A stretch of DNA of 64,000 bases. It comes from Ylistrum balloti (lineage: Eukaryota). The stretch lies in NCBI RefSeq assembly GCF_031769215.1, contig NW_026782189.1, positions 1-64,000 on the forward strand. Reading direction: 5' to 3'. The translations under genes were made by a program, and so were the position numbers. A model generated the notes under the pieces. That model did no database searches. It was not told where the DNA came from and saw only the letters and a list, made by a program, of their open reading frames with translations. Within the stretch, counting starts at the first letter, position 1. The number at the start of each line of letters is the position of its first letter. Below, piece by piece: positions 34,749 to 49,629 of this stretch.

Positions 34749-37700
34749 ATGAATGGTCACAGGTTTTTTTTGACTGGAACACGACGCGCTTGTGAAGGAT
34801 TTCACAAGAAATGTTGTTTATCTCCCCACACAGGAGGTAAACTTTGATATGCTGCTCACCTTAATGACAAATATGACTACAGTCGCACAATGATCACGTA
34901 CTGGCAGTGCTCTGATCAGATCATAACTATCTATCCGTGATTTTATTTTGTCTTGGTTGCTGACCAAGAACCATTCGGGTTATGTATATTTATTGTCATT
35001 GATCTAATACGATTCTGTGTAGACTTCTCCTGTATTCATATTCGGCAATGCTTATATTGTAATCATTTTATTGGGGGACCAATCTCTTGAGCAGCATCGG
35101 GTTATGTAACTGCAGTTAGGCCAAATTGTATCATCGATCATGGCGATATGATATTGTTGAAAATCTGTTTCAGAGCAAATTAAAAGATTTGTGCAGATTA
35201 AGCCCAGACAGCTGTGTATTTCAGTTTGTATTTTAATTAGAACATTAAACCAGACACGTATAGAACACATATATATATTCTCTGATTAAACCATTCAATA
35301 TTATGTAATTAAAACCTATTAAGTCAAAGAGTTTGATTGTGTTTAAGTTGTTGCAAGAAGAGCACATCAAGCTACTGGAAAAACTGAATCATCTGTCAAT
35401 GACCATGAAAGGAAAGAGTTACAAGGTTCTCCAGATGGACCAATGTCAATATACAGGGAGCAAATTGCAAGCAGAAAACTTAGATATGACCAATATCAAG
35501 TCAGCATTGTCCAAAACCTTGAGGATCTTCATACCACCCTAGAGGGTTATGTGCCACAGTCTGAAGGATGGTTTTCAAAGGTAGAAGGAACTGTACCATC
35601 TGAGGCAGTTTACTATAATCATTTTACTTTGTAAAGATACAGTAATACTCTGCAATGTCCTACAATTCTACCTTGTTGCAGGGATTGTCTACATAGGTAC
35701 AGTGTATATACAATTATACGGAGAGTTATGTCCCCTTTCCTACTTCGTCTCCACAATTAATTAAAATCATATTCTATGTAGCTCTGTCATTAGACATAGC
35801 ATTAGCCCTTCTAGTAACTCTTGCCCCTTATTTTGCGTAATCTGAGGTATTGTCTACAAAGTCCAGAGTCTTGTACCACACTAGAGAGTTAGCTCCCCTC
35901 TCCTACACTGCCTGAAGAATCGTGTACAAAGGAACATTGAATGTACCAGTCAGATTTCATACCTTGTCAAGTTCAACATGTACACCTAACCTGATTTTAG
36001 TCTACATATAAAGTGTACGGGCATTTGTGTCTTGTGTAATGAATGATAAGTTTATTGGTGAAAAATCGTGTACTTCTGATAAAATCATATTATGATTAAT
36101 ATTTTAGTTGATCTTAGGTGAAATATTTTTTTGCATACAACAGACAATACTTAATGATTAAAGACATAACACTGGGATATTGGGATATTTAGAGTTTACA
36201 GTTGTAGATTATAATTTAATTTCATTACAGTAAGTTTGAATTCAAATGCAATGTGAACTTTTATTTTTAATTCTCAGATGTTCTTAAAGAATGAAAAAGA
36301 CAAAGAAAATCATCCCAAAGGCTTATATCTTCATGGAAAAGTAGGTAAGGAATTATACTTATTTCCATAGCTGCAGATTAGTACTTTTGTTTGTAAATTG
36401 TATGTATATATGAACATATCTTCAGTAAAATGTGTATTCATTTAAAATTAAATCATCGGTTATATTAAATCATCTTTATGGGTAATGTGTAGTCATCTCA
36501 CATATTTGTAATGTTTTATAGGTACAGGGAAAACAATGCTGATGGATCTCTTTCATGACCAAAGTCGAGTAAAGAAGAAAAAGCGTGTCCATTTCCACAA
36601 ATTCATGTTAGATGTTCATAAACGTAAGACAACTGTTAAACAGCATATATCTATGACCAATGATCACTTGTGGGGATACACTGTTACATACTGCTGCTAT
36701 GTTTATCAACTGATAACTATAGTTACAGTGATGAGATCTCTATTACCAGGTACATGTAAGGCAGGTTTATAGATTGGTAGCAATATAGATACTGATCTTC
36801 CATTTAATCATGGCTGTTATTCTAAACATGGTGAAAAGGAGGAGGGGGTGGGGATCTTCTTTTTTTCATCCTATTACCTCATTAACACAATACGAAAAAT
36901 CACAACCCTCTTTTATATAGCCCAATAAACCTCTTCTATAGTAATAAGATCTTTTTCCTTTTTTTTTCATTTAAAGATGTTCTTACCAAGTTTCAAGGGT
37001 ACAGGGGTTAAATGCACCACGATCATTACATATTTTCTTCTAAACATTCAGTATATCCTGAAAAGTATCTGTTGAGAGACATGTGTAAATTTTACCACAA
37101 TATCACTTTTTGTGTGTTCTGAAATGAAGATATTAACATTCTAGGAATCCATGCTATAAAACAGACAATACCTCGTCAGTACAATGTACAAAAGATTGAG
37201 CCGTTTGATCCTATACCGCCAGTAGCCAAGGAAATCAGTGACGAAACATGGCTGCTCTGCTTTGATGAGTTTCAGGTGATTTTCACAACATGCTTTCTAC
37301 TGTTCTAAAAGTTCACTGCAACTTAAATTAGGCTTATCTTCCTTCTGTCCATTTGTTTTTAAACAATGCATGGGATGTGTTCTTTAACAAACTTCATTAT
37401 AAATGTGAGCAATGGATTTGTATTGTTTGCAATGCCTTGATGTTTGCTTCAGAACACTACTTCTTCATACTTCAATGGATTTAATTCAAATTTTGTCTGA
37501 AATATCATAAGAGATGGGCAATTAATTCTTTGATTTATAAAGTTGATTCAACCATCAGGGACTTTGGAGCAGTGCCCAAAAAGGGGAAGTTAGGGAGTAT
37601 TTTGGAGTTTAATTTTTAAGGGAAAGAATCAGATGGTGTGTTGCTATTTTTCAGACTATTCAAAGCTTCTCAACATGATAACCACAGTAGCCATTTTGAA

Positions 37701-40700
37701 AAATGATTGCACAATTGTTTATCATGTACAAAACCCATTTATTAGTTTCTTATACTTTTAAGGAATGTTCAATATTTAAATTCATCAGACTTTTAGAGCA
37801 CTGTCACCAGATTGTGTGTTCTGTCAATCCATCCTTAGTTTTTTAGATTATGGCTCAGGACTGTGTCCCTCTGGTTTTTACAGGTGACTGATATTGCTGA
37901 TGCAATGATTCTGAAGCGACTTTTCAGTGAACTTTTTAAAAATGGAATTGTTGTGGTGGCCACCTCCAACAGACCACCAGATGGTAAGAAACCTCGTTTG
38001 ATTGATGACACTGATCTAGATAGTACATTCAAAGATATTTTTTTGTTGATTATTTTGTAAGCTAATAGTTTTTTTAAATGGATAATCTGTAAAACATTTA
38101 GCCAAAATGCTTGTAAATCTATCAAGAATTATCAAAATGTTTTGCATAAACAATAAATAAGGGAAAACGTTTTTGATTGCATTAGATTAAAAGCTGTTTG
38201 AATTCGTTTCATATGTTAAATATATTATTTATAGTGAGAACTTCAACTTGAAAACCAATGACATTCTCAAAATCTGCCAAAATTAAGTATTGTTGACTGG
38301 ATGTCAGATTTGGTTGTTGAAGCATTTATCCATTCTAAGAAACCTATACTTAAATACGTGTGTAATACCTGGGTACCTTCATTTACATAAAGGTAACACT
38401 TTTACTTTGATTCGTTCATGACCTCTACAAGCAAGATGCAGTAAGTTGTTAATTTGTCAGATCAAAATTTACTACACACCACATACCATTCCAGCAGTTC
38501 TGACTGGATTCTTAGTACCAGAACAAAAGTCATTATAGCTACATTTTTTTTCTCAGATCTCTACAAAAATGGTTTACAAAGAGGAACATTTCTACCATTC
38601 ATTGGAATTTTAAAGGTGAATATAATTCTACTGTATATATTTCTGATTAAAGAAGTAAGTTTATGAGAAATTCACTTTACACAATATTGCTGCTCACTGA
38701 CTGCCCTGCAGTTTGTTTCCTAAGACCTTCTGCTTATAGAAATGCTGATAAGATTTTAATGTCATCAACAGTTATTTTCTCAAACATGCTAGGTTGAGTA
38801 TTAAATAGTCTGGACTAGGTACTGCAGAAAATATCTGTGATGTGAAAACTGCAAACAAGATGGAACTATGTAAAGAAATACTGTTGGAAACATCACAAAC
38901 ATGGCCCCTAAACAAAACAGAATTCATCCATAGCATGCAGGCATGCATAGTCTTGTACTTAAAGAATATACTCTGTAACTGAAATTGATTTTGATATTAT
39001 TTAATCATAACAGAGCCACTGTAAAACTCTAAACCTGGACTCAGGCATAGACTACAGAATGACCATTGACCCAGCGGAAGGCAAGATTTACTTTTTGTAA
39101 GTATCATATTGCCAAAAATGGATGTAATGTGTAACTTTTTTTTAAATATATGATAAAAGAGCAACCTGTATCTTTGATACACTGGAAGGATTCTCAGCTT
39201 ATGACATGAATTTACCCTATCGGTCTCTCAGTCTGGCAGTCAATTAAGTCTGTGTCTCACTTTATCCTAGAATATCATGTATTTTCTTCCATTAACAATT
39301 CCTAACTTTAGATACAAAGACTTCTTGCGATGGAAGTGTTGTATTTCAAATGATTTAACTACCTGGTATACACAGAGTTATGGTCCTTTGATAACCTTGT
39401 GTCACTTTGTTGTAACTCCTGTCTTGGGTACCTTGTGACCTTGGAAATAATGAAAGGCAAAATTTGGTGATATCGAAAATAATGAAAGGCAAAATTTTGA
39501 ATGCAAATAGCTGATGTCATTACTCAGTGTTTCATGTACATATACAATTTAAATATGATCTCATGCCTCACAAAACTGGAGCAGTTGTTGCAGTGTAGTA
39601 TTTAGAGCTATGGATTGTTAGAAATACATTAAACCAGTTAAATGAAATGTTATGGATGAACTAATCTGAAACTGAAGTGGAAGAATATTTTTCACCAATT
39701 CTTTTCCTTCCAAAACATGGACCAGACTCCATAGCTCTAGGAAACATCGGGCTGTTGAAAGCATTTATATTATAATGATATTAATTCAACTTACATGATA
39801 TGGTCTCTTACATGAACTTTGTTAACAATTATTGCAGAACTTCAGACAGTAATGCTGACACAGAGCTAGACCACATATTTGATCATCTTCGTGCTGAAGA
39901 AAGCCAAGGTAACAATCAGAATGTACTGCTGTGAATATAGGTTTTCACTAAAGTGTTGATTCTGTTGTATTTGAATTCTGTTCCCTGTGTTAATCTATTG
40001 TTCACAGTGATCAATTAGTTACATTAGACAGGCTTTGTATTATAAGGTTGATATAAATTTTGACTTTTTGAAAATTTGTGTAATCTATTTACCGGTCATT
40101 GAACAAGGTTCCTAGTCTCCACGACATGTTTCAGACAAATATCTAATTGTAAATATGTCGAGATTAGTTACATTTATTTCATTATGCTTTGGTTGAAATA
40201 TCTGTCATATTTTAATGTTTGTATGTATGTAAGTACATTAAAGTATGAAGATAAGTATCGGGTTGAAAAACATTGCAACTAATGAAAAAAGGCAAAGGAA
40301 ATAAGTATATTTTAGCAACATGATGTTACATTTGTTTGATCTATTTGGGTCTCATCATTAACACTTACACATAGGTCAGCTTACTAAAGCTTTATTAATC
40401 AAATGTTCTTTAACCCAGAAGTAAACATAGTAAATAAGAAAAGATAGTTGTTAAACTCTTAATCACTCCAACATCATTCCATCATTTTATAAATTTTGAT
40501 TGTGATATATGAACATGCTGCTTATTAAATATTATTTTTTCCAGATACTGGTCCAAAAGAGTTAATTGTCCTGGGACGGAAACTTCTGTTGCCAAAGACA
40601 TGTGGAGGTTTACTGGACACTGATTTCCGCAGTATGTGTGAACAGGTGAGAAGACATCAGAGATCATGGCATCAGTATCTCACATGCTCATTTTACTTAG

Positions 40701-42647
40701 CAGTAAAGTTGTATAAAGCTACAAGAGAGGGCGGGTTGATCAGTACACATGTACAGTGTTAGTGATTTAATTTCTCGTTTGTTCCAAAAATTCAAAAAAG
40801 AAAAAACGCATTAATCAAAATAACTTTTTTAAAAGATCCAGTTACTTTTGATCCTTTGGTCAATATTTTTCATAGAAATATTTGAAATCCAAAATTTTTA
40901 TTTTTTTTTTTAACTTGTATTTAAAAATTGTGTTACAGCCTCTTGGAGCAGTTGACTACTTGGAAATAAGCCATAACTTTGACACTGTCATCATAAGGAA
41001 CATACCAAGAATGTCACTTAGTCGCAAGTCAGAAGCTCGCAGGTTTATAACACTCATTGACACTCTCTATGATGGCAAGGTATGTTTTACACTTTTCACT
41101 GGTAACCATAGAGACGCAACAATTCTCAATTGAAACAACTTTGTTCAGCTCTATTCATCTAATATTGCATGAAAATATTTGATGTCTTATATGGAGAATA
41201 TGTAACTTCTAACCAGATGAAAATAACTGTTTGGTATTTTTCAGCAATCTAAAGTGAGAAGTATGAGTTCTTGTATGTAGTTTACTTCTTAAATCGTTTA
41301 AAAGTGGTAAAGGCAAATTTTGGTAACATCAAATAGTGAGTGAATTACATGTCTACAGGTCAGGTCCGCTCTGTCTGCCTCTATTATTGGTTGAATTACT
41401 AGCAATTTTATTTTAACCTGTTGCAGGTAAGGGTGGTATGCTCTGCAGAAGAGGAACCAAAAGAACTGTTTGGAAGTGGAAACATCAGTAAACGAGATGA
41501 GGAGTCTAACAGCATGTTAATGGATGACTTGGGTATTTTACAGGTTAGTCTTTGTAGTTGGATAACATTTTGGGAAAGGGGATTTGGCAATAGGTGGAGA
41601 TGGGGTGGGTAGGGGGGCAAAGGGCCACTGGGAGGGGGCATTACCCTTTAGATGTCAGTCTCAGTTTTATATAATGTATAAGGTGTGTATAATATATACT
41701 AGTGGCCAGTTTGAGTTGTTGGTTCTGGAGTTAATTTATATTTAATTCTGCCATTTTTTTGTTTTTTTTTTGTTTTTGTTTAAGAAAATATATACACAAT
41801 CTTGTACTCTTATATGACAGACTTACTAATTTACAAACCCTCAAACTTTGCTATCTTCTCAAGTGGGATTTGTATCCAATTTGAATGAAACAAAGATTTC
41901 TTACATGAATTTAATTTTATTATGTTAATAATGGTTAGCCATATTTTTCCTGAATGTATCTGCTCTTTAAAATGGCAGGAAAAGTTTTCACAACTGTTAC
42001 TGTAGGTCTAAACTGGGATAAAACAAGACTAAAAACTTTGATATAAACTGTCTTTCCATGTACAGTATTTTTGGGAAATAGGATTCACATAAATTAATAG
42101 AAATTTTTCAGCATTTCATGTTTTAAATTGTGATTACCAAGGCTGTTTTCATTTACCAGTTTGACGAGGGTTGTTCATTTATGAAATAAAGGTGAACCTA
42201 CTGATGTTCTTTTGCTTTCTTTAGAGCTTTAACCAAGCCTTTTGAGGCCTGTTTGAATATTTGCAGATCTTTTGTGATTTTTGCCTGAAATGAGCAAACT
42301 GGTTTGCATAAATGAGCAGGCCCCAAAGAGGTGGTCAAACTGAACCCACAGAAGCATCTCGAGTGAAATAGGATTTGTGTTTAGTCTGATTGTTTGAGAT
42401 TACAAAGTTTGACAGCACTATATAGATATCAGATTTAAAATTTTGTTTTTAATGTTGTTTGTTTCAGAGATCTGGGGTTGGTGACGCCAAGGCCAGTATA
42501 TTTACAGGAGAGGAGGAACTGTTTGCTTTTGAGAGAACTGTGTCACGCTTGACAGAAATGCAGACTTTAGAATACTGGAATGAACGCAAACCCAATAGAT
42601 TGTATCAACCTAGCAAATCACAGAAAGAAACTGTTAGTTATGTATGA
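34749..42647 (+). CDS. AFG1L: AFG1-like mitochondrial AAA+ ATPase (LACE1)
   Basis: 13 phase-consistent exons: 34749-34836 (tentative Arg-rich presequence), 35348-35580, 36278-36344, 36522-36623, 37145-37275, 37884-37983, 38557-38615, 39014-39096, 39838-39908, 40545-40645, 40939-41079, 41427-41543, 42468-42647. Walker [14 protein letters not shown], Walker [59 protein letters not shown]. Confidence 0.95.
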
Positions 42648-45600
42648 CACAGACTGGATGTTTAGGTATCTTAAGAAATACGTGTATTTGTTAAACATTA
42701 TTTGTTAATTTATATCTTAAGTCATTTTGATACAGATGTACTGGTGCAATGGAAATCTTTTAATGTCCTGTAAGAAAAATTGTTTAAGCCATAGGTTATG
42801 GAAATCAGGAACACTGACCTTTTTCAAAACGATACAATTTTTTTTATATATATAGTTTGAAAAGTAAAAGATATATAAAAACAAAATGATCATAACATAA
42901 AAAAACTTTCCACCAACATTGTATTTACATTATCAACTTCTTCAGATCTGAATTACTAGTACTAGTGATACCTGTTACTATCACAGAACACCTGCTAATT
43001 AAAAAGTTTCCCTATGTCTTTCAAGTCTGTTTTGTGTCTTCTAACTTCCTTGAGTGGTTACATTTATATCTTCAGAGTCAGTGTTTTGATGCTTTGGTGT
43101 ATAGGTAATATATATTAGGAGCCCTATGAGCTAGACAATGTTGCTTTGGTTTCGTACTAAAATCAGAAAAAAAACAACCTGACCTCCATTACAGTATATA
43201 TGGTTCCATCATATTCAGTACTAGAGCTTATCCCATCTCTCATTCTTATGCATATTAAACCCAAAACAGCTGAAGGGGTCAAATGTGTCCAGGGTGCTTG
43301 TAGCATTTCCAGAGAAAAGGACTACCAAGTTTCTTCAAACAAATTACCATTATTCACTTCAAGGTCATAGGGTTAAATGTTAAATATTGGAATATTGGTT
43401 CTGTAACATACTTTGATGAAGGACTGCTGAATTTCTTCAATGTCTGACCTTAACTCACTTCCAAGATCTCAAGGGTCAAACTTAGAATTTGTTCTTCCAA
43501 CAAACAACTAGTCAATTTCAGAACATGAAAGATTAACAATATCTATAGGTGCTTCTGCGTAAGCAGTTGAAACAAATGGATTGGTTGACTCTGTAAGAAA
43601 AAACCAGGTACAGATCAGGACCGAGGCTGGACTGCAGAATATTTGGCACATGCAGTTTGAGGGGTCCAACCGTACCTGTTTGAAACTAACTTGCTGAATA
43701 TCATTAGTTTTCAGAATTGCAGCATAAAAAGTAGAGTCAGTGCACTTACTATTTCTGGGAGCATTGTGCTATAAGGTATAAGTAAAACAGGTGGAATCTG
43801 ACTTTAGTTAATTGACATATGCTTGATGGGAAATTTTAAAATTTGTGAATTTTGAACTTAACATATATTAGGTCCAACACCTGGCACATAAGTGTTCATG
43901 TATAGTGGAATAATTTCAGACTACCTGAAACGTTCCAACCAGGTTAAGCTAATGTGTCCATAATGTGAACATAAATCTCTGTCACATCTAAGTAATGGAT
44001 TATGACCGCAAAAACCTCATGTTGATATCAAATTTGTTGATATTCATATCAAACTACCTAATAGAAATTTTCCAATCAATCACGAGGACGACTGTAAAAC
44101 TTCATCTTAAAAGCTTCAATATCTTTTCAAACCTTATGTTGCAAGTTTTTTCTGTCAGTGGTCAACATCTACCAAGAAAAACAGTGTATTTAAACTGGGA
44201 GCAATCATTTATATAGCTGTGTAATAGTCATAGTTTCATGATATAAAAATCATAACAAGTCTTCACTATTGTTACTGTAAAGAATGAAATTTTGTGTTTC
44301 AAGATATAGAAAATATATGCAAGTGAAACTTACAATTTGCTTCAATAAATAGTGTGTTATTGATGTAACCTGAAATGTTTCGATCATAATTGCATGAGAA
44401 TGTATAAACTGATGTCAGGAAAAGGGTTGTTCTTTTTTTATATTAATATTTTGTTCCATTTTTGTACCAACTTTTAAGATGTTCCTTAATGGTGAGGGGA
44501 AGTCTTAAGAAATAATTTTCCAGATTTTACAAGATGTAATGTTGCTCTATGATAGTTTGGAAGATTTTGAAGTCCTTTTCATTTCTAGCCAGTGTTTTAA
44601 TTATTAAATGATATACCAATATCGTCAATGTTAAGTGCTGTATTTGCACAATTGTCCATTATCCTTATTTTGATCATAATAGTGTTTAAAATTTGTCATG
44701 GTGATGTAGTTTATTTTAGCTATGTTGGTTAGTTAAGATTTTGGAACCTTTGCTCCATAAGCCAGGGTTTTTAAAGAGGCCAAATTATGCAAAAGTAGGA
44801 TACACTGTATGTGATAGCCATATATATTTTACTTTGTCACAAGATGGATATTTTTACTCCTTGTTATATTTACATATGCATGAAAGAGTGATGATGTAGT
44901 ACAGTCACAGATACACTGTGTTTGGATTAAATCAACTTTTACAAAATATCTTCAGATTGTGGTATTATTTACTAAATCTCTGTGTAATGGAAGGAAAACT
45001 ATTTTAAACCTTAACATTTGTTTTTCTTATTGGGCCCAGTCTTAACGTGGGCCAAGTCTCCAGATGTACTAAATAAAGATATTTTCAACCAAAGATTTTC
45101 TGAACCAAATTTGTCCAAAGTTTTCTTATTTGAAAAGCAGGAATTAAAGTCTACTGGGGTTTAGACCCTTAGTTTACACAAAATTTGAAACCCCCTGACC
45201 TTCACCCATTGCCAAATGTTCAAATTTTGTGTCAGAATATAAACATACAAGGACTATCCACCTTTCAAAGAAAAACAAGTTGACAGGTGAACTAAAATGA
45301 ATTACACTGCAGATATGTTACTTCACAAGAGTTGAGTTATATAATGTCAGGTAATTCCATAAATATTTTCTAAGCTTATTTCTTAAGTTCACCAAAAATA
45401 GGATTCAGTGAATTCTTCTATATTTTCAATAGATATTAAGCTACTTGTATTTTGGAATACTAAAACATTATATGTATGATCCTGTCCTCTCCAAGAAGTG
45501 AACAAAGACATCCTGTTGGTTTTACTGCATTCTGAAGTAGACAATTTTCTATGGCATCTATACAGTGATTACCTCCATTTTTGGTCAGCTGTACTGACAA

Positions 45601-48600
45601 GTCTTTATATAGTATTCATGAGTGACACTTAAGGTTGCGAGATGCTTAGATTCCAATGATTATCACCAAAATAATCAGTTCTAATATTCAACAAAAAGAC
45701 TAACAAATTGCACTTAGTTGGCATTTTTTAATCAAATGTTAAATACTTCCATCTCAGATTATAAAATAACTGAAATAACACAATTCTGACTTTTCCAAAT
45801 ACAAGTTAACAACATAACTTCCATGTAACTACTAATTCTATGGCTACCACATTTCCCATTATGAAAATGTCTTCATGTATTGGCCTTTAAAATAAAATAT
45901 AATAATTTAACTAAATGGTGGCAATGAAAGTAGTTCTAACAATACATTATTAGTTTTCAAAAATTCTACTCCGCTGTGAAATACACAACAGTTGTGGACC
46001 TTCACCACAAATGTATTAACCATTTGCTATCTGGCTTGAAAATGAAAGTGAAAATGTTATGTGAAAACCTAAAACAAAAATATCATTTGAAATGATGTAA
46101 ACTGTATTTCTGAATTTGAATCATTTCAAGCTATTATCTGAGTCTTTAACACAATGCAATTCATTGATGGATTGTAAATTGTACTACAGGTATATGAGAA
46201 AAGAAGTTACAATTTACATTACCGTACTGATCATTACTTGAAGAAGTGATTACTACACACATCATTTAAAAATGTAGCATGTTGTTCACATTTATTTACC
46301 CATCCAAATTTTTTTAGGTCTTTGTTTTTCATCCAATACAAAGTCGTGCTACAAATGCATTTCAACATTTCTGTGGAAGTTTTACACCAACAACTTTGAT
46401 AGTTGATATTGCTGACAGATATACCTGGAGTATAAGATACATTGTCTAAATTCTGGTTATAATCAGATGTGCACCATATATATACTTAAACAAAACCTGA
46501 GAATATGCTTCAAATATATTTCAATTGCCAGATTTGAAACCAAAACAGCAGATTTGTCTGTAAAACATATGGTACAAACAGAGTGAACATAACAAAAGTA
46601 ATCCATGGAATACTGTATACTTCTATTTGTTAGTAAATATACACATACATACTCAAGGAAACATTCAAATTGTCCAATTTCACCAGGTGTTATATTAGCT
46701 CCAAAATGAATTAAATTGATTTTCAAATTGAACATTAAGCCCAGCTTTAATTTGTCTTATTTTCAAAAGAGCAAAAATGACTGAAAATTAAACTACAGTG
46801 GAATTTTTCTGTAGACAAAAATGCATAATGATCACAAACAACTACAGCAATGTTATCCTAACCTTCTGTAAACTTAATTCTATCTAAATTCCAAAATTTT
46901 CCACACACCTACATAACAGCCCTGTTTTCCTTGTACAAAGTATCAGATGGTTTACAATAAATACATGTATTTTCAACAGTGTTCATTGAAAAGAACAAAT
47001 TCAAAAAATAAATCTTGAACAAGGAGGAAAGAACAAGTAAATACCACACAACAAACACTATTCAACACACCTAGCACTGGTAAAAATTAAAAAGACATCT
47101 AACTTTTGTGTGAGATAAATTAACAGATGGGTTTACATGGAATGTTTTATAATTAATCCATGGTATGTATGTTAACCTAGGGACAAGGACAATAATTAAT
47201 CTTGTAAAATTCTCTATGCTGTTGAGATATCTTTCAGTTAGTTCATTTTCTCTCTTGATATCTTTCACCACCTTGATGGTGAGATTGAGGGATCTCATCA
47301 CGAGGGGAAAGATGATTTGGATGGCAAAGATTGAGCTTGCTGAGTATTAGCAATTTAATATTCCTTCCCCCAGGGTTAAGATACCTCTTCCTCACCAACA
47401 AAGGGTGAATGATTACTTTTCTCTTCCTCTGCTGGCCTGCTAAGGTATGTGATTCATTGCCCCAATGCTTTGCATTGTTGACATGATGTTAAACATACAT
47501 TACCAATTTTATATGCTAAATTTTAATGCTAAATCTTTAACGTTAACACCTGTTATGGGTAAGAGAATAATATCATTATCATGTCATTCGACATCTATGA
47601 ACATTTTTACATAATAATCTCTTATATACCTATTAACAAAGTAAATTGTATCTTTACATATCTCTCTAAATCTATAAAACTCATTCATATGAAATGAAAA
47701 ATTTAATATAACTATGTGCCTTTTGTTTGTAATCTCGTCATAATTTATTAAATGCATGAAAGGATAAAAAACTTTAAAATATGAATCACTAATGCCATTT
47801 GTTCTGTTGGCACCATAAGCTGGAAAAATTTTAAGGCAGTGGCCATGCATATGAGGTATTTTCATCCCAAGCACAGGCAATTAGAATACCACTGTCAGAA
47901 AATAAATCAGAAAGAAATCTGAATATTGAGTAGAGAACTTTCCACATCTTGATATTGGAAAACAAGGAGCTGAATATAACATCTCAGTTAAATTATATAT
48001 CTAAATACTTGAAATAATCTTTTGGGGTTCACTCCCTATGACTGAATACACACATAAATCCCAAACACCCACATACCATCATACAAACAATTCCCTAATT
48101 TAAAAAAGGTCCCCATACACACAGAAATGTAATCCCCATTACACAATGCCCCTACCATGTAGCGTTTACAGACTTTGATAAAAATTGACCCAAACACACA
48201 TGCTTCCAAATAAACATGTCTTCAATATACAGTCTTCTACTATTTCTCAATACAGACAGTCCCCAACCCAGTACACACAACCTTCAATACACAGTCCCCA
48301 CCAAGTATACACATCCACAATCCCCATTTCTCAATATGCCGTCTCAAATGCATAAACCTCTTTCAAGTATATACTTTCACAACTTGTTAATGCTCTGGCT
48401 AATTTATACAGATTTCAATCCATTTAAAATTAAGATACTGAGATAATGCACTTCAGAGATTCTTTATAAACTCAAAATAAATGTTCTGGAAAACCACAAA
48501 AATAAACACAAAAGTGACAAACTAGGGTAAAAATGACCATTTGAAAGGGGAAGAGAGAATAAACACCCAGAAGGTAAATATTTACAAAATTTTAACTTTA

Positions 48601-49629
48601 ATATCTCCTTCCCTACCTAAATGATCTTACCCAGCAGTGTGCCATATAGCCTTGCAGTGTAACTTATTGCTCAGTAATTTACCAAATCTCATTCACTGTG
48701 AACAGATGTGATACCATCTTACAGTATACCAGCACCTGAACTCTAATTATTCATCTCAAATCATAAAAATAGATGTTTAACATGACACTGCTTGATGTGG
48801 GCATTTAATAGTTGCATTTGTGTTATGATCACATACTTCAACAAAGTTATTACGCAATCAATTTCACGAAATTCACATTGTTGGCCAATGGATGTACAAT
48901 ATACAAAATTTACCTGCATCATCTTAACTATTATGATGTCACTTAAATAATTGCCCAAAATTAAAACTACAAATTACTTTCTCCATAATCATGTACTTGA
49001 AATAAGAGCAGACAAATCTATTGTCCATGAACTATGATGTTGTATGATCAGGATTCCAATACATCTAGCAAGAAATGTTTATACACAGTACAAGATCATT
49101 TACTTCCTATGAAAAAATCATACGAAAATGATAAGTACCGGCGTATCTTTTAAAATCACTCTCATAGTTAAAACAAACATCAGCATGGCTGAAAATTAAT
49201 ATAGTAGTGCTATAATTAAAGTATTTTTTCCTAAATCTAATTTAAATGCAACTTGAGATATGTTTTTAGTAACACAAACATACATGTATATCATACAGCA
49301 GATATTGATAACAATAACAGCATGATGTATCACATCGATAAACAACGGAGAAAATGTATACAGAAAATGTTTTAAAATTATTTATGCAGTCTTACATAAT
49401 GTTTGTGCTCCATAACTAACCTGAAACTCTTCATTCAATTGTAAAACACAACATGTCTTTGTAACTAAATCAGCTCAGTTCTGTTGTCATAATTATACAT
49501 ATATACGTTAGAGACAATATCACTGAGCAGGCAGGCTATTGTAACAATTTTACCAATATTAACAGCCACACAATACCAGCATTTATTCCATTGTAAAGCA
49601 TATAGATATGCTGTTGACTACATTTGTAC

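Noticed and set aside
45480-45620. Short open minus-strand frame (LSVQLTKNGGNHCIDAIENC...)
   Set aside because: No splice partner or recognisable family; the length is expected by chance.
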